In this document: positions 48,638 to 58,126 of the stretch, piece after piece
Layout of the letters: each line of letters opens with the position of its first letter
Numbering within the stretch: position 1 is the first letter of the stretch
DNA from: an uncultured Planctomycetota bacterium
GTDB lineage: Bacteria; Planctomycetota; PLA2; JAEUHO01
Assembly (NCBI GenBank): GCA_963752285.1
Contig: CAVVXN010000005.1
Coordinates: 1,696,001 to 1,760,000 of the forward strand
Direction of reading: 5' to 3'
DNA: 64,000 bases
The notes under the pieces: model-generated
Told to the model about the DNA's origin: nothing
Databases searched by the model: none
Seen by the model: the letters and a program-made list of their open reading frames with translations, nothing else
Translations under genes and position numbers: made by a program

Positions 48638-49572
48638 GGGATTCGACGTCCTGGGGGGAGCCGGTCGGCGGGACACGGCGGCGGACGCCCCGTCCCTCGC
48701 CGAAGCTCCCACGTTTCGATCCGGCCATCCGTACGGCGGAGACGGAGGGTCCGTTGGCCCGGCCCCCCCGTCCGACCCGCAAAGGATGCGAGCAGCGGAC
48801 GGGTCGGAGGGGCGCCGTCCACGCAAAGGACCCGGTCGCCGGGCCGCAGGCCCAGACAGGCTGCGGCGCTCCCCGGAGGGACGCGGACGACCGGGGCGTC
48901 CGTCCGTCCGCCCTCCCCCGCCGGGAGGACGGAGGCCTCGAAGAGGAGCACCGCCCCCTCGGTCCCCGGCCGCGCCCGGGCCCGGGGCGGAGGCGGAAGC
49001 GGGGACGCAGACCCGGCCGGGGCGAGGGCCTCGGCCAGCCGGGTCGCCTGCTCCAGGGCGAGGCGCCGGGCGCCGCCCAAGGCCGCGGCCTCGGCCGCGT
49101 CGCCCGCGGGGCCCTCGGTCGGACTCCCCAGCACCCGGGCGATCGCGAGGAGGAGCTGTGGGAGCCGGGCGTCCCCGCCGGCCCGGGTGCCCGCCGCCGA
49201 GATGCGGCAGAGGCCCTCGGCGAGCCGCCGTTCGGCCGCCGCCGTGTCGGCGGCGGGGACGGGGACGGGGCCCCGGCCCGGGAAGCGTCCTCCGTGTCGG
49301 ACGAGCGCCTCGACGTCCCGGGCGAGGTCCCGACCCGTACGACGGTCGTCGGAAGCCGCCGGGGCCACCCGGCGGAACCCGTCCGCGGCGAGGCGACGCG
49401 CGAGGTCCGCCCGGACGGCGGGGTCGAGGCCCGAGACGTCGAGGTCCCGTACCACGCCCCCCTTCTCGAAGTGCCACACCTCGTGGGCCTCGGCCTCCCC
49501 GGCCGGCGCCAACGGCGCCAGGACCCCGAGCAGAGCGGCGACGACGGCCGCGCCGAGCAGGAGACGCGCCAT
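48577..49572 (-). CDS. Exported protein with divergent PDZ domain
   Basis: Signal peptide; VVRVPPGSAAACLGLRPGDRVLCVDG; 3' end overlaps next gene by 61 nt. Confidence 0.6.
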   Translation of the reverse strand: MARLLLGAAVVAALLGVLAPLAPAGEAEAHEVWHFEKGGVVRDLDVSGLDPAVRADLARRLAADGFRRVAPAASDDRRTGRDLARDVEALVRHGGRFPGRGPVPVPAADTAAAERRLAEGLCRISAAGTRAGGDARLPQLLLAIARVLGSPTEGPAGDAAEAAALGGARRLALEQATRLAEALAPAGSASPLPPPPRARARPGTEGAVLLFEASVLPAGEGGRTDAPVVRVPPGSAAACLGLRPGDRVLCVDGAPPTRPLLASFAGRTGGPGQRTLRLRRTDGRIETWELRRGTGRPPPCPADRLPPGRRIPCAPSPSSSPCSSSSPSPGR

Positions 49573-49578
49573 CGGCGG

Positions 49579-50631
49579 TCAGGACGACGGGCTCGAGGCC
49601 GGCGCGGGGACCGGGTCCAGGGCGGGCGCGTCGTTTCCGAGGGCGCGGAGCCGGCGGTAGCGCGCTTCGAGGCGCGCCTCCGGGTCCATCGCGGTGAGCT
49701 CGCCCAGGTGGTGGAGGAGACGCACCTTCAGGGTCTCGACCATGACCTGGGACTGGCGGTGCGCGCCGCCGAGCGGCTCGTCCACGATCTCGTCCACCAC
49801 GCCGAGGCGGTACAGGTCGTCGCTGGTCAGCCTCAGCGCGCGCGCCGCGTCCTCGGCCCGGCTCCCGTCCTTCCAGAGGATCGAGGCGCAGCCCTCGGGC
49901 GAGATGACCGAGTAGTACGCGTACCGCAGCATCAGCACGCGGTCGCCGACGCCGATCCCAAGCGCGCCTCCGCTCCCGCCCTCCCCCACCACGACGCACA
50001 CGACGGGCACCTTGAAGGTGGACATCTCGAGGATGTTCTCGGCGATGGCCCACGCCTGGCCGCGTTCCTCGGCGCCGATGCCCGGGTACGCCCCCGGCGT
50101 GTTGATGAGCGTGACGATCGGGAGCCCGAACCGGTCGGCCAACCGCATCTTCCCGAGGGCCTTTCGATAGCCCTCCGGGTGCGCGCAGCCGAAGTTGCAG
50201 GCCAGCTTCTCGCGGGTCTCCTGTCCCTTGCGGTGTCCGACGAGCAGGATCCGGTGGGGACCGAGCCGGGCGAAGCCGGCGCTGATCGCGCGGTCCTCGC
50301 CGAAGAGCCGGTCGCCGTGGAGCTCGATCCACTCGTCGCACATGCCGCGCACGTAGTCGCGGAACTGGGGACGCCGCGGGTGGCGCGCCACCTGGACGCG
50401 CTGCCAGGGCGTCAGCTTCCCGAAGATCTCCTCGACGAGGCGGTCGCGCTTCTTCTCGAGCGGCGAGAGCTCCCCGTTCAGGCTGACGTCGGGGATCTGC
50501 CGGAGCTCCTCGATCTTGCGCTCGAGCTCCATGATGGAACGCTCGAAAGGCAGGATGGCGGCGTCGGTGGCACCGGACCGGGGCGTCGGGTCGCGGCGCG
50601 GCGCCGGCGTGGCGTTGGTCTCGTCGGCCAT
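49579..50631 (-). CDS. accA: Acetyl-CoA carboxylase carboxyltransferase alpha
   Basis: ARHPRRP, ELHGDR, PEGYRKA, GAYPGIGAEERGQ, GEGGSGGALG, YSVISPEG. Confidence 0.97.
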   Translation of the reverse strand: MADETNATPAPRRDPTPRSGATDAAILPFERSIMELERKIEELRQIPDVSLNGELSPLEKKRDRLVEEIFGKLTPWQRVQVARHPRRPQFRDYVRGMCDEWIELHGDRLFGEDRAISAGFARLGPHRILLVGHRKGQETREKLACNFGCAHPEGYRKALGKMRLADRFGLPIVTLINTPGAYPGIGAEERGQAWAIAENILEMSTFKVPVVCVVVGEGGSGGALGIGVGDRVLMLRYAYYSVISPEGCASILWKDGSRAEDAARALRLTSDDLYRLGVVDEIVDEPLGGAHRQSQVMVETLKVRLLHHLGELTAMDPEARLEARYRRLRALGNDAPALDPVPAPASSPSS

Positions 50632-50952
50632 GGGCCGCCTCCCTTGCCTGCTCGGGACGGGTTCGGGTGCCGGCCCCCCCGCGGCCGGGCGCCGCACCGA
50701 GGTCGCCCGGGCCCCCGGCCCGCCTGCCTCGGTCCGTCGCGTCCGATCGACTGGAAGGAGGAGCCGAGCCCTCCCCCAGGTTCCATCGGGACCGCTCGGG
50801 GACCGATCGATCGCCGGGCCATCATACCGGCGCGCGGCGCGGCGCCCCGGTCCGGGGTCCGGATCCGTCCCCCGCCCGCGATAACCAGCCTCAATCGGCG
50901 CATGACGAGGCCCCATGGAGCCTGGGGTCCCGACCGGGGCGACCATGGCGCC

Positions 50953-53874
50953 ATGCAGCCCGTATTCGCCCGCCCGCGGCCGCGGACCTCGGTCCGCCGG
51001 ATCGAGGTCGCGCTCCGTGAGGACCTCCTCGACCCCGCGGGCCGCGAGGCCGCCAACGCGCTCCGGGACGCCGGCCTCCCGGGGCCCGTGGACGTGCGCG
51101 TCGTACGTCTCTACTTCCTCGGGGGGGGCGCGAGACTCACGGCGCGGCACCTCGAGACCGCCGCCCGGGAGGTGCTGGCCGACCCGGTCCTCGACCGCTA
51201 CGCGGTGGACCGCGCGCTCGAGCCGGGCGAGGGCCCGGTCCCCGTCGCGATCACCGTCACGCGGCGCCCGGGGGTCACCGATCCCGAGGCCGAGAGCGCC
51301 CGCACCGCGCTCGCGTCGCTGGGCCTCCCGCCCGTCCGCGTGAAGTCGGCCCGAACCTACCTCGTCCGGGCCGACGCGCCGAAAGACCAGGTGCTCCTCC
51401 TCGCGCGGCGCGCGCTCTCGAGCGAGGTGATCGAGGAGGCGTCGGAGGGGCGGCTCCAGGAGTACGCGTTCCCCACGCCGCGCCGCTTTGCCGTCCGACG
51501 GCGGAAGGTGCGGCTTCGCGGTCTCGACGGCGCCGCGCTCCTCGACCTCTCTCGCAAGATGGGCCTCTCGCTCGACCGGGCCGAGATGGAGACCGTCCGC
51601 GACCGGTTCCGCAGTCTCGGGCGCGAGCCGAGCGATGTCGAGCTCGAGACGATCGCACAGACCTGGTCCGAGCACTGCAAGCACAAGACGCTGACCGGGG
51701 AGGTGCGTCTCGACGCGCCGGACGGCGTCCGTGTGTACGAGAACCTGCTCAAGGACACGATCTTCGAGGCGACACGCCGCCTCGCGAAGCCGTGGTGCTG
51801 GAGCGTGTTCGAGGACAACGCGGGAGTCATCGACTTCGACGGCGAGGACGGCGTCTGCTTCAAGGTGGAGACGCACAACCACCCGAGCGCGATCGAGCCG
51901 TACGGCGGCGCGGGGACCGGCATCGGCGGCGTCATTCGCGACATCCTGGGCACGGGCCTCGGGGCTCGTCCCGTCGCGAACACCGACGTCTTCGCCTTCG
52001 GTCCGCCCGACCTCCCGCGCGAGGACGTGCCGAAGGGCGCGCTCCACCCGCTCCGGCTGCTCCGGGGCGTGGTCGCGGGCGTGCGCGACTACGGCAACCG
52101 CATGGGCATCCCCACCGTGAACGGCGCGATCACGTTCGACCCGCGGTACGTGGGGAACCCCGTCGTCTACTGCGGCTGCGTCGGGCTGATCCCTCGTCGC
52201 GACGTAGAGAAGGCCGCCCGCCCCGGCGACCTCGTGGTCGCGTTCGGCGGCCGAACCGGTCGCGACGGCATCCACGGCGCGGTCTTCGCGAGCGTCGAGC
52301 TCACGACGGAGAGCGAGTCCGTCTCGTCGGGCGCGGTGCAGATCGGGGACCCGATCACGGAGAAGAAGGTCCTGGACGTGCTCCTCCAGGGACGGTCGGA
52401 GGGGCTCTTCACCGCGGTGACCGATTGCGGAGCGGGCGGCTTCTCGAGCGCCGTCGGCGAGATGGGGCGGGTGACGGGCGCCGACGTGGACCTCGCCGCC
52501 GCGCCGCTCAAGTACGAAGGCCTCGACGCGTGGGAGATCTGGATCAGCGAGGCGCAGGAACGCATGGTGGCGGCGATCCCACCGCGGCGCTGGGCTCGCT
52601 TCCGCCGGCTCTGCGAGGCCGAGGACGTCGAGGCGGTGGTCCTCGGCCGCTTCACCGGCGACGGGCGTCTCCGGGTCCGGCACGGTCCGACCCTCGTCGC
52701 GGACCTCGACATGGAGTTCCTCCACGAGGGCCTTCCGCCGCAGCGCCGCGACGCCGTCTACCGGCCCCCCGCCACGACCGAGCCCGAGATCGCGCCGGCC
52801 TCGCGCTACGACGCGGACTTGCTCGCGCTCCTCGCCCGCCCCGAGATCGGCTCCAAGGAGTGGGTCATCCGCCAGTACGACCACGAGGTCCAGGCGGGCG
52901 CGGTCGTGCGCCCCCTCGCGGGCCCGAACCAGGGGCCGGCCGACGCCGCCGTCCTTGCCCCGAAGCTGGGATCGCGACGCGGGATCGTGCTCTCCTCGGC
53001 GCTGAACCCGGGGTACGGCGACGTGGACCCCTACGAGATGGCCCTCGCGACCGTGGACGAGGCGATCCGCAACGCCGTGTGCGTCGGCGCCGACCCCGCG
53101 CGGATCGCGTTGCTCGACAACTTCACGTGGGGGAACTGCAATCGTCCGGAGCAGCTCGGGTCGCTCGCCCGCGCGGCGGAGGGCTGCCGCGACGCGGCGC
53201 TGCTGTTCAAGACGCCGTTCATCTCCGGCAAGGACTCCCTCCACAACGAGTTCCGTCTCGAGAACGGCACCGTGATCGCCGTACCGCCGACGCTCCTGAT
53301 CTCGGCGATCGGCGTGGTAGCCGACGTCCGGCGGACCGCGACGCTCGACCTGAAGGCGCCCGGCGACGCGCTCTACGTCGTCGGCTCGACCCACGACGAG
53401 TGCGGGGGCGGACGCTGGTACGCCCACCACGGCCACCTCGGGCTCTCGGCCCCCCGCGTCGGGAAGGACGCGCCCCGCGCGATGCGCGCGGTGTCGAGCC
53501 TCGTTCGGCGCGGATGGGCGGTGGCGGCCCACGACGCGTCGGAGGGCGGCCTCGCCGTCGCGCTCGCCGAGATGTGCTTCGCGTCGGAGCTCGGCCTCGA
53601 CGTGCGGATCGACCGCGCGCCTCGGACCGTGGACCATCCCGGCCGCCTCCTCTTCTCCGAGAGCGCGAGCCGGTTCCTGGTCGAGGCGCGCCCCTCCGAA
53701 GTCGCGAAAGTCGAGGCCGTGCTCGAGAAGGCCCGCGTGCCCTTCGCGCGGATCGGCCGCGTGACGCGCGCGCCGACGCTCGTGGTGCGCGGGAGCGCGC
53801 GCGGCGAGCCGTGGATCGAGATCGAGTCTGAGCGATGCCTCGCGGCGTGGCGCGGGGCGCTGGCGCTCGAGTAG
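50953..53874 (+). CDS. purL: FGAM synthase large subunit with two fused N-terminal PurS-like domains
   Basis: QTWSEHCKHK, KVETHNHPSAIEPYGGA, DCGAGG, SEAQERM, FISGKDSL; two DPxG/E PurS-type repeats at the N-terminus. Confidence 0.95.
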   Translation: MQPVFARPRPRTSVRRIEVALREDLLDPAGREAANALRDAGLPGPVDVRVVRLYFLGGGARLTARHLETAAREVLADPVLDRYAVDRALEPGEGPVPVAITVTRRPGVTDPEAESARTALASLGLPPVRVKSARTYLVRADAPKDQVLLLARRALSSEVIEEASEGRLQEYAFPTPRRFAVRRRKVRLRGLDGAALLDLSRKMGLSLDRAEMETVRDRFRSLGREPSDVELETIAQTWSEHCKHKTLTGEVRLDAPDGVRVYENLLKDTIFEATRRLAKPWCWSVFEDNAGVIDFDGEDGVCFKVETHNHPSAIEPYGGAGTGIGGVIRDILGTGLGARPVANTDVFAFGPPDLPREDVPKGALHPLRLLRGVVAGVRDYGNRMGIPTVNGAITFDPRYVGNPVVYCGCVGLIPRRDVEKAARPGDLVVAFGGRTGRDGIHGAVFASVELTTESESVSSGAVQIGDPITEKKVLDVLLQGRSEGLFTAVTDCGAGGFSSAVGEMGRVTGADVDLAAAPLKYEGLDAWEIWISEAQERMVAAIPPRRWARFRRLCEAEDVEAVVLGRFTGDGRLRVRHGPTLVADLDMEFLHEGLPPQRRDAVYRPPATTEPEIAPASRYDADLLALLARPEIGSKEWVIRQYDHEVQAGAVVRPLAGPNQGPADAAVLAPKLGSRRGIVLSSALNPGYGDVDPYEMALATVDEAIRNAVCVGADPARIALLDNFTWGNCNRPEQLGSLARAAEGCRDAALLFKTPFISGKDSLHNEFRLENGTVIAVPPTLLISAIGVVADVRRTATLDLKAPGDALYVVGSTHDECGGGRWYAHHGHLGLSAPRVGKDAPRAMRAVSSLVRRGWAVAAHDASEGGLAVALAEMCFASELGLDVRIDRAPRTVDHPGRLLFSESASRFLVEARPSEVAKVEAVLEKARVPFARIGRVTRAPTLVVRGSARGEPWIEIESERCLAAWRGALALE

Positions 53875-53887
53875 CGCCGGAGGAACG

Positions 53888-54766
53888 ATGGCCGCATCCA
53901 GGACGACGACCCGCCGGCGGGGGGGCGCGACGCGTCCGAGCGTGCGGACGACGCGGACCCGCCCCTCGGGGGCGGGCCGCCCCGCGCCCCGCGTCCTCGT
54001 GCTCCGCTCGCCGGGAACGAACTGCGACCGCGAGACCGCCTTCGCCTTCGCGCGCGCCGGCGCGAGCACGACGGACATCCACGTGAACGCGCTCCTCGAG
54101 CGGCCGCGCCGCCTGCGCGAGGTCCACGGGCTCGTCCTCCCGGGCGGCTTCTCGTACGGAGACGACCTCGGCGCGGGGACCGCGCTCGCCACCCGGATCC
54201 GCGCCGGCCTCCTCGACGAGGTCCGCCGGCTCGTGGACCGCGGGGGCGTGGTCCTCGGGATCTGCAACGGCTTCCAGGTGCTCGTGAAGACCGGTCTCCT
54301 CCCGGGCTTCGACGCGAACGACGAGCGGGTCCTTGGTCTCGCGTCGAACGTGAAGAACCGGTACGAGGACCGCTGGGTGACGCTCGAGGTCGCGACGGGA
54401 CGGAGCGTCTTCTTCGAGCGGGGCGAGCGGATCCACTGCCCGGTCGCGCACGCCGAGGGCCGCTTCCTCCCGAAGGACGAGGCCGTGCTCGAACGACTGG
54501 CCCGCGCCGACCAGGTGGCGCTCAGGTACGTCGGTCCCGGGGGCGAACGCCCGGCGCCCTACCCCTACAACCCGAACGGATCCGTAGGCGACGTGGCGGG
54601 CATCGTGGACCCGACCGGTCGCATCCTCGGGATGATGCCGCATCCCGAGAGGAACCAGTTCCCCTGGCAGGATCCTCGCCACGGTCGATCCGGCGCGCCG
54701 CGGCGCCCGGAGGGGCGCTCCCTCTTCGAGAACGCGGTCCGACACCTCCGGTCCGTCGTCGGCTGA
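53888..54766 (+). CDS. purQ: FGAM synthase glutaminase subunit
   Basis: PGTNCD, PGGFSYGD, GICNGFQ, AHAEG, NPNGS, MPHPER. Confidence 0.97.
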   Translation: MAASRTTTRRRGGATRPSVRTTRTRPSGAGRPAPRVLVLRSPGTNCDRETAFAFARAGASTTDIHVNALLERPRRLREVHGLVLPGGFSYGDDLGAGTALATRIRAGLLDEVRRLVDRGGVVLGICNGFQVLVKTGLLPGFDANDERVLGLASNVKNRYEDRWVTLEVATGRSVFFERGERIHCPVAHAEGRFLPKDEAVLERLARADQVALRYVGPGGERPAPYPYNPNGSVGDVAGIVDPTGRILGMMPHPERNQFPWQDPRHGRSGAPRRPEGRSLFENAVRHLRSVVG

Positions 54767-54846
54767 GGGCCCCGCGGGAGGTCGATCGCTTCCATCCCCG
54801 GGCCGCCGCCGTTCCAAGAGGGGAACGAACCTCGGGGGAGCCGACC

Positions 54847-56355
54847 ATGCCGATCCGCGCCGCAGAAGCCGCCCTTGGAACCGACCGCCGGCCCCCCACC
54901 CGATCCGGGCGCCGGCACGCCCTTCGGACGCCGGCCTCCCTGGCGCCGCTCCTCCTCCTCTCCGTTTTCCTCCTGCCCGCGCGCGCGGACGACTGGAAGG
55001 ACGGCCGGAACGACCGTCACGACCGCGCCGTGGCCGCGCTCGAGGAGGCGGCGCGCGCGGCCGCGCGCCCGACGGGCGTGGCGCTCCGGCACGGAGACGT
55101 GCGCGTGGTCGCGGACCTCGCCCGCGTGGACGTCGTGCTCGAGATCAAGAACACGACGAGGACGCGTACCGAGTGGTCGAGGAGCTTCGGCATCGACGAC
55201 GCGGCCGAGCTGATCGGCGCCGCGCTCGAGCGCGCGACCGGGCCGCGGGTCGCCGCGCAGACGATGACGCTCGAGAGCGCGCGCCGCATGTACGGCGAGA
55301 TCACCCGGCCGCCCCCCGTGCGGCGGAGCACGCCGTGGCCCCGCCGCGACCCGCTGCGCGTCGAGCGCCCGTCGGACGGACGTCTCGACGTGGTGGTCAC
55401 CCCGCTCGACCCCGGCGAGGTCGTGCGGGTGCACCTCGACTTCGTGACGCCGCTCCGGGGGCGCGGCGCGCGGCGCGCGTACCGCGACGTGATCGACGCG
55501 GACCTGGGGAGTGAGGTCGCGTCGCGCCGCGCGACGCCCACGGCGCCCGACCGCGCGCCCGCGCCGCGCTCGCCCCTCCTCCTCTCCATCGAGACCGACT
55601 GGCTCGTACGTCCCGGTGGCCTCACGGTGGACGCCGCGCCGATCGGCATGGTCGCGGCGGGCTCCGCCGGCGGGGTGCTCCGGTTCGTGGGGGCCTCGGC
55701 GGGGCCGGCGGACGTGCCGACCCTTCCGTTCCGCACGCCCCGCGAGGACGCGGGCGCCGGCGCGATCGCCGTTCCCGGGGGCGGGCTCCTCTCCCGCGTC
55801 GTCGTCTGGCGCTTCGACCCGAGAGCCTTCCTCGCGGCGCACGACCTCGAGGCACCGGCGGGCGCCACGCTCCGTCTGCTCCGCCGCACCGGCTCGACCT
55901 CGCGCATCGCGCCGTTCACGTTCGGGCCGGCCGACGCGCCGCTGCCCGTGACCGCCCGGCTCGGTGCCGGGGCGCAGACCCTCCGCTACGGGGTCGAGGT
56001 CCGGGATGCGGCCGGCAAGACGATCCGCACGATCGAGGTCGAGGCGCCCGTCGAGGAGCCGAGCCTCTCGCCGGACCTCGAGGGCGCCATCCTCGGCTGG
56101 CACCGCGCCGCGCTCGTGCGTCGCGTCCTCGCGTGGGCGAAGGGCGCCCCGGAGCGGGAGGCTCGCGCGCTCGCCTTCGCCGTGGACGAAGGGGTGCTCG
56201 TCGGGGGCACGGCGGGGCTCGCCGTCCCCGAGGCGGAGCTTCGCGCGGCCCCCCGTCGGAGCCGGAGCGAGTACCGCCACGACGGTTCGCCGCTCGGCGC
56301 GCAGCACGGCGAGGCGGACTTCAAGGGCCCACCGTGGGGTTCCCTCGACGACTGA
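54847..56355 (+). CDS. Exported hypothetical protein with VIT-like N-domain, no VWA
   Basis: Signal peptide; ARRMYGEI…RRDPLRVE…VVVTPLDPGEVVRVHL resembles the VIT of 2022-4319. Confidence 0.6.
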   Translation: MPIRAAEAALGTDRRPPTRSGRRHALRTPASLAPLLLLSVFLLPARADDWKDGRNDRHDRAVAALEEAARAAARPTGVALRHGDVRVVADLARVDVVLEIKNTTRTRTEWSRSFGIDDAAELIGAALERATGPRVAAQTMTLESARRMYGEITRPPPVRRSTPWPRRDPLRVERPSDGRLDVVVTPLDPGEVVRVHLDFVTPLRGRGARRAYRDVIDADLGSEVASRRATPTAPDRAPAPRSPLLLSIETDWLVRPGGLTVDAAPIGMVAAGSAGGVLRFVGASAGPADVPTLPFRTPREDAGAGAIAVPGGGLLSRVVVWRFDPRAFLAAHDLEAPAGATLRLLRRTGSTSRIAPFTFGPADAPLPVTARLGAGAQTLRYGVEVRDAAGKTIRTIEVEAPVEEPSLSPDLEGAILGWHRAALVRRVLAWAKGAPEREARALAFAVDEGVLVGGTAGLAVPEAELRAAPRRSRSEYRHDGSPLGAQHGEADFKGPPWGSLDD

Positions 56356-56379
56356 GGGCCCGCCGCGCTCCCCGCGCCG

Positions 56380-57234
56380 TCAGCGCCGGCCCGAGACCAC
56401 GCGGTCGATGCCCGCGAGGTCCCGGGTCGCGCGCACGTCGCCGTAGCCGAGCGCCGTGAAGAGGGCCCCGGCCTCGTCCGCCAGGCCTTCCCCCACCTCC
56501 ACCGCGAGAAGACCAGTCCGGCGAAGCGCGTCCCGGGCCTCGGCGGCCAGCCGGCGGACGACCGCCAGGGCGTCGTCGCCCGGGACGAACACCGCCTCGG
56601 CCGGCTCGTGCCGGCGCACCCCTTCCTCGACGCGAGGGTCGTCTCTTCGGACGTACGGCGGGTTGGAGAGGACGGCGTCGAGCCTTCCGAAGTCCGCGCT
56701 GCCCCGGAGGGGCGTCAGCAGGTCACCGTGGTGGAGGGAGAGGCGCGACGCGACGCCGTGACGGGAGGCGTTCCTCGCGGCGAACTCGAGCGCGGGCGTC
56801 GAGAGGTCGGTCGCGTGCGCACGCGCCGACGGCACGGCCACGAGGAGCGCGACGGCCACGCAGCCGGATCCCGTGCCCACGTCGGCGAACACGGGTTCGG
56901 TCGCGCCCTCGAGCATCGGCAGCGCGACCTCCACCAGGTGCTCGGTCTCGGGGCGCGGCACGAGCACGCCGGGTCCGACCTCGAACGGGAGCGAGTAGAA
57001 CTCCTTCTTCCCGACGAGGTACGCGACGGGCACGTGGCGCCCGCGCTCGCGCACGAGCGCGCGGACCCGGGCGCGCTCGTCCGGGTCGAGCGGGCGGTCG
57101 AACGCGAGGTAGACCTCGAGCCGCGAGAGCCCGAGCGCGTGGCCGAGGAGGATCTCGGCGTCGAGACGCGCGCCCTCGATGCCCTGCTCCACGAGCCACC
57201 GGGTGGCCCGCCGGAGGACGTCCAGGACCGTCAG
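56380..57234 (-). CDS. prmC: Release factor glutamine methyltransferase (probable CTG start; first GTG at 57192)
   Basis: LDAEILL, PVAYLVG, VLVPRPETE, DVGTGSG, SNPPY. Confidence 0.93.
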   Translation of the reverse strand: MTVLDVLRRATRWLVEQGIEGARLDAEILLGHALGLSRLEVYLAFDRPLDPDERARVRALVRERGRHVPVAYLVGKKEFYSLPFEVGPGVLVPRPETEHLVEVALPMLEGATEPVFADVGTGSGCVAVALLVAVPSARAHATDLSTPALEFAARNASRHGVASRLSLHHGDLLTPLRGSADFGRLDAVLSNPPYVRRDDPRVEEGVRRHEPAEAVFVPGDDALAVVRRLAAEARDALRRTGLLAVEVGEGLADEAGALFTALGYGDVRATRDLAGIDRVVSGRR

Positions 57235-57238
57235 CCGC

Positions 57239-57973
57239 TCAGCGCCGACGACGACGGCTCCCGGCCCCCGACTGGACCGCGGCCTTCGCAGCCGCCCGCC
57301 CTCCCATCAGCCCCCTCAGGAGCACGATGAACACGATCGCGCCACCCGCCGTGAGCAGCCAGAAGCCGGGCGCGATCGACGAGAGCGGGGCCAGGATGGA
57401 GTCGAGCAAGGAGGTCGTCTGGTTCTTCAGGTACCCGCTGGCGCCGTCCATGCGCGGCGAGCCGACCGTGCTCGCGATGCCGCCGATGCCAACCCAGAGG
57501 GCAACCAAGGCGTTCAGCAGGAACGGCCAGATCTTGAGCTGCCGGTACCAGATGTCGAAGACGAGGATCCAGAACCCGTAGAGGGCGAGCGCGAAGATGA
57601 GCCCTCCGCGGATCGTGTCGAGTCCCGTGAAGGTCCGCACGGGACCGCTGTCCCAGGGAAGCGGTCGATCCCACGCGACCAGGGTCCCGGCGAAGAAGAA
57701 GCAGTTCGCGAGGAGGAGCGTCAGCAGCTCCTTGTGCACGAACGACCACCAGACGCGCGCCTCGAGTCCGCGGCGATGGGCCTCCTGCACGGCCGCCTGC
57801 ACCTGCGCCTCGGCCTCCTCGGGATCGAGCCCCTCGGCCTCGAGCTCGCCGATCGCCTGGCGCTCCTCCATGGCCTCGGCCTCGCCGGCGTCGAAGAGCT
57901 CGTCCTCGGGCGGCGTCCCGGCCTCTGAGCCCTCGGCCTTCGGGTCGTCCGGGTTCTCGAACGGGTCGCTCAT
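57239..57973 (-). CDS. Hypothetical membrane protein, acidic N-terminus, ~4 TM
   Basis: AGGAGG RBS; hydrophobic segments; basic C-terminus. Confidence 0.75.
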   Translation of the reverse strand: MSDPFENPDDPKAEGSEAGTPPEDELFDAGEAEAMEERQAIGELEAEGLDPEEAEAQVQAAVQEAHRRGLEARVWWSFVHKELLTLLLANCFFFAGTLVAWDRPLPWDSGPVRTFTGLDTIRGGLIFALALYGFWILVFDIWYRQLKIWPFLLNALVALWVGIGGIASTVGSPRMDGASGYLKNQTTSLLDSILAPLSSIAPGFWLLTAGGAIVFIVLLRGLMGGRAAAKAAVQSGAGSRRRRR

Positions 57974-58084
57974 CGGGCTCCCTCCTAACGGGGCGGCCGC
58001 GATCGTACGAAGGCGGCATCCTCCCGCCAAGGTCTCGGCCTGGGTCGGGGGACCCGGCGCCCCCGGACGAAACGTCGGCCCCCG

Positions 58085-58106
58085 GCCACCGGTTCGGCCC
58101 GGTGGC
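58085..58106. terminator. GC hairpin downstream of prfA
   Basis: gccaccgg-ttcggc-ccggtggc, 8-bp perfect stem, no U-tract. Confidence 0.3.
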
Positions 58107-58126
58107 GCCGGCGCCGGCCGCGCGCC

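Noticed and set aside
50632..50952. Purine/PRPP riboswitch upstream of purL
   Set aside because: No recognisable aptamer consensus; region is explained as a divergent promoter (TATGAT on minus strand at 50821-50826)
1449..54267. Many very long antisense or alternate-frame ORFs (e.g. 1449-4760 +, 6102-10676 -, 6845-11659 +, 16183-20163 +, 42522-45788 -)
   Set aside because: Arg/Pro/Gly/Ala-rich shadows of real genes caused by stop-codon scarcity at high GC; no motifs
4541..54766. fhs-folD, hutH and purLQ as a deliberate one-carbon supercluster
   Set aside because: Separated by tens of kb of unrelated genes; no shared regulatory motif seen
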